Below the pieces are notes generated by a model. The model saw only the letters and a program-made list of their open reading frames with translations. It searched no databases and was not told the DNA's origin. A DNA stretch of 64,000 nucleotides from a virus. Position numbers and translations under genes: made by a program. The stretch covers positions 12,893 to 76,892 of the IMG/VR virus record IMGVR_UViG_3300034073_004654. One strand, 5' to 3'. Shown in pieces: positions 41,494-50,413 of the stretch (position 1 is the stretch's first letter; each line of letters opens with the position of its first letter).

Positions 41494-42267
41494 ATGAACA
41501 ATAAAATTTTAAACTTAGTCGGTTCTATTGATAAATTTCAAACCTTAATTAGAAAAAATGCCGTTGCTCCTGCCGCTGCTGGTGCCGCCGCGAGCACCAC
41601 TCAAATAGCAATATTAATAGCTCTAATTCCAATTGTTAGTCGCGGGATAGACAAATTTTTTAACACTACTAAACTCCCAGATGATGCTAAAAGAATTCAA
41701 GAAAATTTATTAGATTATAAAGAAGATTATCAAGATGAAGATTGGTTTAAGCCATTTGCTAATGAATATAATAGTTTTTTAGATAAATTAAATATTTTAA
41801 TTAAAGGAAATGAAGAAATAATTAACTTATTAGCCCTTCCTAAGGGCGAAGAAACTAACGAAAAAATTGCTATAGAAATACAAAAATTTCTAACTGCCCT
41901 GGGAGAAGCTGAAAGATTAGCCCCTGGAGTAAATGCATTTCTGGAAGAAAACAAAAATTCTGCCACCAAAGCCCTTGATTTTGTCGGAGAAACCTTTGGC
42001 GCTCTTGGAATAAAAACAGATTCCATGGCTGCACAAGCTGGAATAATGTCATTTTATCAACATTCTCAATACGAGAGACTCAAGTTAGAACAAATATTAA
42101 TTGACGCTACTAAAGAAAAAAAATCTACTCCTTCACAGGGCAGAAAATTCGATCTCAATCAGCCATTAATTGAAGAAGAAAAACAGAAGGGATCGGAAAG
42201 AAATCCTCCAGCTCAAATTTCTTCCGTTGAAGATTTTGCAAACATATTTAATGTTGAAGCCGAATGA
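41494..42267 (+). CDS. leader-family protein with hydrophobic helix
   Basis: ...IDKFQTLIRKNA; IAILIALIPIV. Confidence 0.75.
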   Translation: MNNKILNLVGSIDKFQTLIRKNAVAPAAAGAAASTTQIAILIALIPIVSRGIDKFFNTTKLPDDAKRIQENLLDYKEDYQDEDWFKPFANEYNSFLDKLNILIKGNEEIINLLALPKGEETNEKIAIEIQKFLTALGEAERLAPGVNAFLEENKNSATKALDFVGETFGALGIKTDSMAAQAGIMSFYQHSQYERLKLEQILIDATKEKKSTPSQGRKFDLNQPLIEEEKQKGSERNPPAQISSVEDFANIFNVEAE

Positions 42268-42296
42268 ATAAGACCACTTTACATCTTGGAATATAA

Positions 42297-43784
42297 ATGA
42301 GAAACTATTCAAAAATTCTTAAACAAGCAAAAAATTTTGAAAAAAAAGTACATGAAGTCAATCCTTCAGTTGTCGTAACAGAACATGAAGGCGTAGACCC
42401 TGTTTCTTATATGGCTTTTAATAATTTAAAAACCGTTATCAATGATGCCACCGAATTATTATCTATTTTAAATAATGAAGATGATCTTCCTCAATGGGTA
42501 GATGAAATGTTAGCTATGTCTAAAGGCAATGTGTCTAAAGCTTTAGATTATGTCCGATCTGAAAAAACTGAAACAGAATCTTTGCTAGAAGATGAAGACC
42601 ATGATCATGAATTAATAGCAGAGGGTCAATATCGAGGCTTCTTATCTTCTGTTAAAGACGTTTTTAATAGACCTAAAACAGATCTCGAAATTAAATTGGT
42701 ACAAATTGACGAAGAACTTAGAGATGCTTTCTTATCTTATGGTCCATCAGAATTATCATTGACTAAAAATTTAAATTTGGCTCAAAAATCAATTAATGAA
42801 AATAACTTCTTAAAAGCAAGAAAGCATTTAACGGATTTTAATAATGCCTTGCAATTCATGTCAAATAGAGCAACTGATTTTATTAATTATTCTAAGCTCC
42901 CAGGTAAACAAGCTGGGTTTTTCGATTTTTTTAAAAGTAAAAAAGAACAACCTGTTCGCACAGAGATTTCTCAATTATTGTTTGAACAATTTAATAAATT
43001 AATTCTTGCTGGGGAAAGTACCTTAATAGCGGTTAAATCTATTTTTGAAATGCTGGATAAATATCGTTCAGATAAAAATATTAATGCTTATATAAGCATG
43101 TTAGAATCATTGAAAAATGAACAAAGAATTTTTAGTGAAAAATTCGACACTCTTAAAAAAGAATATTTTATGTATTTAGGCGAAACTGGCAGTGAAATGA
43201 TTGGTAGTACTTTAAAAGAAATGAAAAAAGACCTGTATCAGCCTAAAGAAGATAAATATGTTGGAGTTGGCGGATTGGAAACATCTCAAGCTCCAATTAA
43301 AGCATTAAAATTTGAAGTTCCGCCACCAGAAGCTAAAAAAGATCAATTTACAGGATATGATGTTTCCGCTCCAGAATCTGAGTTATCTCCTTGGGCAAAA
43401 CAAATGTTGCCAGTTTCTCCCAAATTTGATCGTGTAGATGAAACGGGAGAATGCCCATGCGGTAGTAGATTGCCATGGCTTGCATGTCATGGATTTGACG
43501 AGAATAAATTTGAAAAAATGAGGGATGAAATAACGGACAAAATGGCAAAAGACATAATGATTAAAAAGAATATTTCTTACAAAGAAGCAAAAGAAGAAGT
43601 AAAAGAAGAAGCAGAAAGACAAGCAGAAATTAGATATTATAACTGGGTTAATCTTTATCTTGCTCGTAAAGCCAGGATAGAAGCAGAAAAAGAAGCTAAA
43701 AAAGAAGAGAATCGTCAAAAGAGAATTAAAGATTATTTAAAATTTGAATCTAATGTTGAACATATATTTCCACAAAGAGCATAA
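42297..43784 (+). CDS. leader-family-like protein with SEC-C motif
   Basis: MRNYSKILKQAKNFEKKV; CPCGS......CHG. Confidence 0.7.
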   Translation: MRNYSKILKQAKNFEKKVHEVNPSVVVTEHEGVDPVSYMAFNNLKTVINDATELLSILNNEDDLPQWVDEMLAMSKGNVSKALDYVRSEKTETESLLEDEDHDHELIAEGQYRGFLSSVKDVFNRPKTDLEIKLVQIDEELRDAFLSYGPSELSLTKNLNLAQKSINENNFLKARKHLTDFNNALQFMSNRATDFINYSKLPGKQAGFFDFFKSKKEQPVRTEISQLLFEQFNKLILAGESTLIAVKSIFEMLDKYRSDKNINAYISMLESLKNEQRIFSEKFDTLKKEYFMYLGETGSEMIGSTLKEMKKDLYQPKEDKYVGVGGLETSQAPIKALKFEVPPPEAKKDQFTGYDVSAPESELSPWAKQMLPVSPKFDRVDETGECPCGSRLPWLACHGFDENKFEKMRDEITDKMAKDIMIKKNISYKEAKEEVKEEAERQAEIRYYNWVNLYLARKARIEAEKEAKKEENRQKRIKDYLKFESNVEHIFPQRA

Positions 43785-43845
43785 TCCACTGGTTATTTAA
43801 TCCAGCCTATTCTACAAAAATTTCTATAAGCTAAAAACAATTGAC

Positions 43846-43874
43846 TTGACTCGGACCTTGGTTGGTGCTACACT
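43846..43874 (+). promoter_or_regulatory. sigma70-like promoter of tilS
   Basis: TTGACT-17-TACACT with TGn. Confidence 0.7.
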
Positions 43875-43895
43875 CTTCATATTGAGGAGTGTAAC

Positions 43896-44495
43896 ATGAT
43901 TCGTTTTCTTGATAAGCTTCCCCGAGAATGTGTTGTTGCTTGTTCTGGTGGTGCTGATTCTATGGCAGCATTGTCTTTTCTTACCAATCATACTAAACGC
44001 AATGTTACCGTTGCTTATTTTGATCATGGTACAGAATTTGGCACTCAAGCTAAAACCTTCGTTCAAGATTTTTGCTCGTTCAATGGTTTGTCATTAACCA
44101 TTGGCTCTATTAATTCCGAAAAGCCTAAGGATGAATCTTGGGAAGAATATTGGCGGAATCAACGCTATCGCTTCCTGCATAGCTTTGACTTGCCTGTTAT
44201 TACCGCCCATAACCTTAATGACCAAATGGAAACCTGGCTGTTCACAGGCTTTCATGGAAATTCTCGACTAATCCCATATCAAAACAAGAACGTTATTCGA
44301 CCATTCATGTTGACTCTTAAGTCTGAATTGATCGAGTGGTGCAAATTCAAAAATGTTCCCTGGCTGGAAGATCCGTCAAATCAGAACACCAACTTCATGC
44401 GAAATAAAATTCGACATGATATTTTGCCGGAAGTTCTAAAAGTTAATCCGGGATTCGATAAAGTCATTCTTAAGAAAGTTATGGAATTGATTTAA
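43896..44495 (+). CDS. tilS: tRNA(Ile2) lysidine synthetase, catalytic domain only
   Basis: SGGADS PP-loop, DHG, R..RY.F, TAH.L.DQ.ET, IRP, EDPSN....RN.IR. Confidence 0.88.
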   Translation: MIRFLDKLPRECVVACSGGADSMAALSFLTNHTKRNVTVAYFDHGTEFGTQAKTFVQDFCSFNGLSLTIGSINSEKPKDESWEEYWRNQRYRFLHSFDLPVITAHNLNDQMETWLFTGFHGNSRLIPYQNKNVIRPFMLTLKSELIEWCKFKNVPWLEDPSNQNTNFMRNKIRHDILPEVLKVNPGFDKVILKKVMELI

Positions 44496-45499
44496 TGCCA
44501 AATTTTTTAACTATATTAGGTTTTGCAGCCACTTCTTTTATTTCTATTTGGGCATTCCTTAAATATCTTGTTCTTGGTCAATATCGCCTAGACAATGATA
44601 CTAGTAAGCGCTTGATTTCTACCATTATTAAATCAAACGCTAAACAGTGGATCTTAAATAAAGATCTTGTTATTCCTCCCAAATTTCCAGAGCAATACGA
44701 AGCTTTTGTTATCTTAAATGGTTTGTATTTTTTCTTTTCCAAAACAGAGAGATTAATGACCGCAGGATGGCAATCTAAAGAAAATATTTCTTTTATTTCT
44801 TTTCCTAGATGGCAAAGAACAAGAATCGATGCCCTTTTAAGAGGCGAGGGTTTTAGCGATAACACAATTCCAGTTATGGCATTATTGCCTTCATCTACGG
44901 ATCGTTTAGGAGAATTAGTTTGCGATCCTAATCCACCTTTATATTTAGATCCTTCCTTATATCAAGACATTGAAGATGATGTAATTCAGGTTTTAGGAGG
45001 CAAGAAGAATAAAACGGGCTGTTTGTTATATGGTCCTCCTGGTAATGGCAAAACTCAATTTGCTAAATATCTTGCCAGGAAATATCAGCTACCAATCTAT
45101 GCTATCTATTTAAATCCCGAATATAACAATTTGGATTTAGCAATGATGTTTGCTTCTATCCCTCAAAGATGCATTATTTTGATGGAAGACTTTGATAATT
45201 ATTTTAACAAAAGAAATTGCATTATCAAAAATGAAAATGTCAGATTTACTTTTGATGCCATCATTAATGCTTTAGATGGAATTCATAATGATTACAAACA
45301 AGTTGTTTTCATTATGACTGCGAATAATATTTCGCATATTGATTCGGCAATTAAAGATAGAAGGTCTAGATTTCAATTCGTTAAAAGATTTGGACCACCA
45401 TCTGATAAGATTAGGTTAAAGATTCTTGGAGACCCAAGTTTGGTTAAAGAAACCAAGGGATTATCCTTAGATCAAGTTTTTGCTAGGAAAACCAAGTAA
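44495..45499 (+). CDS. membrane-anchored BCS1-like AAA+ ATPase
   Basis: N-terminal TM; LLYGPPGNGKT, ILMED, NALDG, IMTAN. Confidence 0.75.
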   Translation: MPNFLTILGFAATSFISIWAFLKYLVLGQYRLDNDTSKRLISTIIKSNAKQWILNKDLVIPPKFPEQYEAFVILNGLYFFFSKTERLMTAGWQSKENISFISFPRWQRTRIDALLRGEGFSDNTIPVMALLPSSTDRLGELVCDPNPPLYLDPSLYQDIEDDVIQVLGGKKNKTGCLLYGPPGNGKTQFAKYLARKYQLPIYAIYLNPEYNNLDLAMMFASIPQRCIILMEDFDNYFNKRNCIIKNENVRFTFDAIINALDGIHNDYKQVVFIMTANNISHIDSAIKDRRSRFQFVKRFGPPSDKIRLKILGDPSLVKETKGLSLDQVFARKTK

Positions 45500-45873
45500 A
45501 TCAATGTAATAAGCGGGCATATAATTCGTTAGAACTTGTTTTAACGCACAACGGAGATTTAATGAATTATATTGAACATGAGAGCGGCTATCGTTTAGCG
45601 ATGGCAATGATGCGTAAGAAGGTAGATTATTATCTTGATAATTTAGAAAATTCTGGAATGTCGGAGCAATCTAAAAAAGAAATGCGAAAAATCCTTCAAG
45701 ATATTTTTGAAACTACGGAATTTGATTATGAAGAGGCGGTAGCCGATGATTGAACAAAAGCCCTCGAGAAATAGAGGGCTTTTTAATTTGAACTATTAAG
45801 TAATTCTTACAAGTTGATTGCCTTGACATTATGATTTCCTTGTCGAGCCAAGATTCCTTCAAGAAATAGAGGC

Positions 45874-45901
45874 TTGACAGCGAAACAAAGTGAGTTATAG
45901 T
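45874..45901 (+). promoter_or_regulatory. sigma70-like promoter of tRNA-CAU
   Basis: TTGACA-16-TATAGT. Confidence 0.75.
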
Positions 45902-45944
45902 ATGAAGGTGAGACGAACAAGACTGTAAAATAGTGAATAATTTC

Positions 45945-46021
45945 CCGACCTTAGCTCAATATTTGGTTAGAGCAGTGCGCTCATAACGCAACGGTTCACG
46001 GTTCAAGTCCGTGAGGTCGGA
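45945..46021 (+). tRNA. second tRNA with CAU anticodon (Ile2 or Met)
   Basis: CCGACCT/AGGTCGG acceptor, TGCG-CTCATAA-CGCA, CACGG-TTCAAGT-CCGTG; no encoded CCA; followed by a terminator hairpin. Confidence 0.9.
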
Positions 46022-46509
46022 CAAATCGCCCGCTTAATAGCAATGTTAAGCGGGATTCCTTTTTAAGGAGAAAAAAATGAACATCTATCAAATTCCAACC
46101 CACAGAGATTTAATTTATTTTTGGCTGGAAACTCATTTTCCAGATGCACCTGCTGCTGTCTTTTTTGATCCATTAGGAAATGGCAATAGAATTGATGATA
46201 TTGCTGAATTTGTAGACTTGAATTCTAAAGAAATCGGAAAGCTTATCACTGCTGACATTTTAATTCTTCCTATGGATTTGGAAAAACTAACCAATTTTGT
46301 TAATAACCTTGATGAAGATGTTTACGGTTACGTCGAGGCTTGGGACGGCAAAGCTATCATCACCACCAACTCCTAACCATTAATATTATCGCATTTAATT
46401 GACTTGACACAATGTAGCACATTGCGTTATAGTTACCTACATCAAGTAAACTCGGAGCGTTCGCTCTTTAACCAAGCTTTGTAACCGAAGCTTATAGGAT
46501 ACTTTTTTT

Positions 46510-47067
46510 ATGGAAACACTATCAACATGGATTTTTGCTGTTCTTGTTACTCTTTCTAATCCTGAAAGAGCAGCTAAATATTCAAAAGAATCAGTAGAAG
46601 AAATGAAGACCCGCTATCAATCTATCGCAAATGATATGGCAGAAGTTATTACTACTTCAGATCCATTATTTGAATCCTCAGATAATCTGTATCGTACTGC
46701 TGCCGTGCTATCTTCATTGGCTTTATATGAAAGCAGCTTTCATAAATCCGTAGATGAAGGACATTCTCGTGGAGATAACGGACGCTCTTGGTGTCTTATG
46801 CAAATCAATCTAGGTAAATCCAATGTTAAAATTGGCTCTGAAGAAATGAAAGCTTGGAAAGGCAAAGATCTAGTAGAAGATCGCAAAAAATGCTTTAAAG
46901 TTGGTTTGGAAATGGTTCGAAAATCAATCAATGCCTGCAATTCTAATAATGACGTATTAAGTGTGTATACCAGTGGTAAATGTTTGAAGAATGAGCCCAA
47001 AGCTAAGCAACGCTGGGGAACGGCTATGAAAATTCTTAAACGCCACCCAAGAGAAGAAAAACCCTGA
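46510..47067 (+). CDS. lysozyme-like / lytic transglycosylase-like protein
   Basis: N-terminal hydrophobic segment; ES.F...GD.GRSWCLMQI; Y.SG. Confidence 0.55.
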   Translation: METLSTWIFAVLVTLSNPERAAKYSKESVEEMKTRYQSIANDMAEVITTSDPLFESSDNLYRTAAVLSSLALYESSFHKSVDEGHSRGDNGRSWCLMQINLGKSNVKIGSEEMKAWKGKDLVEDRKKCFKVGLEMVRKSINACNSNNDVLSVYTSGKCLKNEPKAKQRWGTAMKILKRHPREEKP

Positions 47068-48031
47068 TACTTGAGGTTGGGATTTTAGAATATCTACCAA
47101 TTAATAATCATATTTTAAGTTAAAATGATTTATTTGTTTTGGTTAGCAGTGATATTAATTCCTTCTCTAATGGTTTTTTCTTTAGTTAAAAGGTAATTAT
47201 GATAAAAGAGCAATATAATCAGCTATTATTTTTAAAAGTTTCTGGGCTAGCTAATCAATTAAATCAGCTAGTTGAAGAGTTTAAAGTTGAACCAACAGCA
47301 GAAAACTTTGATTCTTTTCAGAAATGGCAAAAATTAAATAGCTTGCATATTGCTCTTTTAGATTTGCAATTAGAAGTTGGAAGAGATTTTCACAATCAAT
47401 CTAAACCAACGAGCCCAGAATCCAATTCAAGCAAATCATTTTTCTCAACAATGAGTTATCAAGATTATGAAAAACTTACCAGAAAAAAGAAATAGAATTT
47501 TAAAACTTGCCAAGGTTTTAAAATTAACTCCAACTGGAAAAACCAGATTGGAAAAAGATCTTGCCAGTCAGATTTGGTGGATTTTAGGTTGTGTTGAAGG
47601 GGAACAGCCTTTGCCTGGAACCCGAGGATGCGCTACTATGATGGAAGCCTTAGAAAACGTCGAGGGCTGGTTAGCCCCCGAATTTACCGCCATGGATAAA
47701 TCATGAGTCAATATTTATTATTAGCTTTATATTGGGGCTTGGTGCAACAGGGCTCTAAAAAATAACTCTATTAATGTTATTAGGTTTAGATTAATAATGA
47801 TAAACAAAACTAGAGTCATTCAGATATTATCCGATGCTATTGTTGCTACCTTTGAACAAGGACTGGATGATGGAGAGCATTTTAGAACTTCTTTAGCAAA
47901 TTCTTGCACTTCTGAACAACTCTCTGAGATTACTCAAGATGATATTAAAGCTGCTCTTTTAGAGTCTAAGGCAGATCTATTAAATTTAACCTTTGTAATG
48001 ATTGACGAATTAATTAACAAAAAATAAAATT

Positions 48032-48523
48032 ATGTCAGTAACATTTAAAGATTTAGCCACAGGCTATACAGTAGAAGTTAAAATTGAAAATCAAAGTAAT
48101 GGAAAAATTGCTTTATTCGATCATATTCCTTATAATGTAAATTTAGAAAAATTACCAACATTACCATTTAAAATTATCGGGTTAAATTCTACTTATTTAA
48201 GTGACGGTAACGATGTTTGTGTTATGATTCAGATTCCGGACGATTATCCAAATTTAGGCTGGAGCTTCATTGATCAAGATGAAATTGATGAGTGGAAAAG
48301 CTTGGGGTGGAAGCTAATTGATAATATTGATAAATCTATCACTGTATATCTAATTAATATTCAAACAGTAGATTCTATTAAGTCTAAAGGCGTTTCTTTA
48401 AAAAGCTATGGTCATAGCTGCGTTGAATGCAAAGATTATTTCCCGTATGCCGAAGCTAATATGTCAGATGGGCGTCTGCTATGTTATTCTTGCCGATCGA
48501 CTTGCGGCTGGAAATATCGATGA
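48032..48523 (+). CDS. hypothetical protein with C-terminal zinc ribbon
   Basis: CVEC....YAEAN..DG.LLCYSC. Confidence 0.7.
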   Translation: MSVTFKDLATGYTVEVKIENQSNGKIALFDHIPYNVNLEKLPTLPFKIIGLNSTYLSDGNDVCVMIQIPDDYPNLGWSFIDQDEIDEWKSLGWKLIDNIDKSITVYLINIQTVDSIKSKGVSLKSYGHSCVECKDYFPYAEANMSDGRLLCYSCRSTCGWKYR

Positions 48524-48586
48524 TTTAGTTGTCGAGCCTATTAATTATCCTACATATCTTATGTTAACTTACATGGAGGTAGGATA

Positions 48587-49231
48587 ATGTGGCATAGAAT
48601 GATAATATATTTTATAGTTTTTTCAGTGTGTTTATATCCAATACATGTATCAAAATCTTCCGAGCTATCCAATTCTATAATAAAAGAACAAGTGATAGTA
48701 TCATTGCCCATGGAAGAAAAGATAGAACTTCCGATTCAAAGCGTTGAAAATAATCTTGTCAAGAAAGAAACTGATTCTAAAAAACTTAGAGTAAAAAAAA
48801 TTCTCACGGAGATTTCGGAAACAGACTTAAAAGAACTTCTAGCCAAAACTCATTTAGAAGTTTTTAATAAACCAGCCTCAGATAAAAGAATACATATGGC
48901 TTGGGCGCAAATTGCTTTTGAAAACGGCAGAGGCAAAAAGGTATATAATTATAATTTAGGTAATATTGGAGGTCATCCTACAACTCCGGTGTTACCATAT
49001 TATCGAGTGGCGGGTTCTAGATTCAGAAGTTTTGAATCCTTTGAAGAAGGAGCCAAATTTTACTGGCAACATTTAAAAGAGCGATGTTCAGGAGCTTTAC
49101 CTTATTTTGATTTGGGAGATCCTTATACTGCCAGCATTGCTCTTGGAAAATGCGGATACTATCGCTCAGATGTAGAACATTATTTAAAAAATTTATCTTC
49201 TTTGTATTTCGAGTCTTATAAAAAACTTTAA
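48587..49231 (+). CDS. glucosaminidase/FlgJ-like muramidase
   Basis: N-terminal TM; AQ...E.G, YN.GNI, FR.F.SF.EG, GYY. Confidence 0.6.
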   Translation: MWHRMIIYFIVFSVCLYPIHVSKSSELSNSIIKEQVIVSLPMEEKIELPIQSVENNLVKKETDSKKLRVKKILTEISETDLKELLAKTHLEVFNKPASDKRIHMAWAQIAFENGRGKKVYNYNLGNIGGHPTTPVLPYYRVAGSRFRSFESFEEGAKFYWQHLKERCSGALPYFDLGDPYTASIALGKCGYYRSDVEHYLKNLSSLYFESYKKL

Positions 49232-49540
49232 ATGTCAACGATAACAATTGACAATTTTAATTATCTAAAAAAGATAATTTCCTCCATCGAAAATAAACGT
49301 CGCAGGAGGAAATTATCTTTTATTTTTTATCGTCCTGCTTGCGTGTGCTGCAAAGAAAAAGCTTATGCTGTTTCTTTTGAAAATGATATGATTCGGTTCT
49401 TAACCAAAGATTCTTTTTTGACTTTAGATCATATCATTCCAGTTTCTTTGAAAGGAAAAAAAGAAGCCATTGGCAATTGGCAAGTCATGTGCTTGAAATG
49501 CAATCAGCGTAAAGGTAATAGAATTAATTTTTCAGCTTGA
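49232..49540 (+). CDS. HNH endonuclease
   Basis: CVCC, LTLDHIIP.S.KG....NWQ.MC..CN..KG. Confidence 0.8.
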   Translation: MSTITIDNFNYLKKIISSIENKRRRRKLSFIFYRPACVCCKEKAYAVSFENDMIRFLTKDSFLTLDHIIPVSLKGKKEAIGNWQVMCLKCNQRKGNRINFSA

Positions 49541-50413
49541 CGATTTATCGAGACGTAGTATCATTGTTGTGCCATCAGCAAGATGGTCTTTTAATAAAGA
49601 AAGGAAAAGCATTATGAATTTTCGAGTGGACCCTCTTACCGTTGTTACAACGCTTCATTCAATGATTGAACAAAATAACGGTCGAATGACCGTTATCAAA
49701 GCAGTTCACCGGCTTGCAGCTAAAGGACTTGCTTTGCCTGGAAAAACAGACAAAGAACAGGCTCAAGTGCTTAATTCTCTTATTTCATTGTGTAGCCCTG
49801 GTATTTTTGATATTCGACCAGGGAAGAACGGCGGGATCGGTCTGCCTTCTATGCACTCTCTTGCTTCTAGGGGCTCTCTGGCAGGGCTAGTGTCACAAGC
49901 CGCCAGCGACGCAGAAGGGCAGGAGGAGCTTTCAGAATTTAAAACCGGCACTTGAAAGATCTTATGGATTTAGCAATCCAAATTTGGAACGATACATTAA
50001 GGGGATTTAAAAATAACCCCAATACAATCACTGTTTACGCTTCAATTTCAGATACTTGGAATAATAAAATTACACCTGCCATAATCAAAGATATAAAAAA
50101 ATATGCAAAATCATTAGGTTATAAGGCAGAAGTTGAGTTGAGCAAGTTCAATTGGCTAATTCTTAGAAAGTGAGCAAGGAGATTTTATGGCTTTATATTT
50201 AGAAAATACAGGAAAAGTTTTTTTTCGAAATGGTTTGCCCAGTTCTATTTTTTGGAAACCAGAAGTTTTAGACAAGGGTCTCACTGTTGACGCTTTACAA
50301 AATCAAGCAGATGAAGAACTTAGAGTTTGTGGATTTCGAGTTAAAGTAGGTCAAGTAAAATTTGAAGAAGAAAATCACGTTTTGTTTGCCAGGGTTTGGT
50401 GGCAGTAAATCAT

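Noticed and set aside
43450-43495. secA call from the CPCGS motif
   Set aside because: Only the short SEC-C motif is present; there are no helicase/ATPase motifs.
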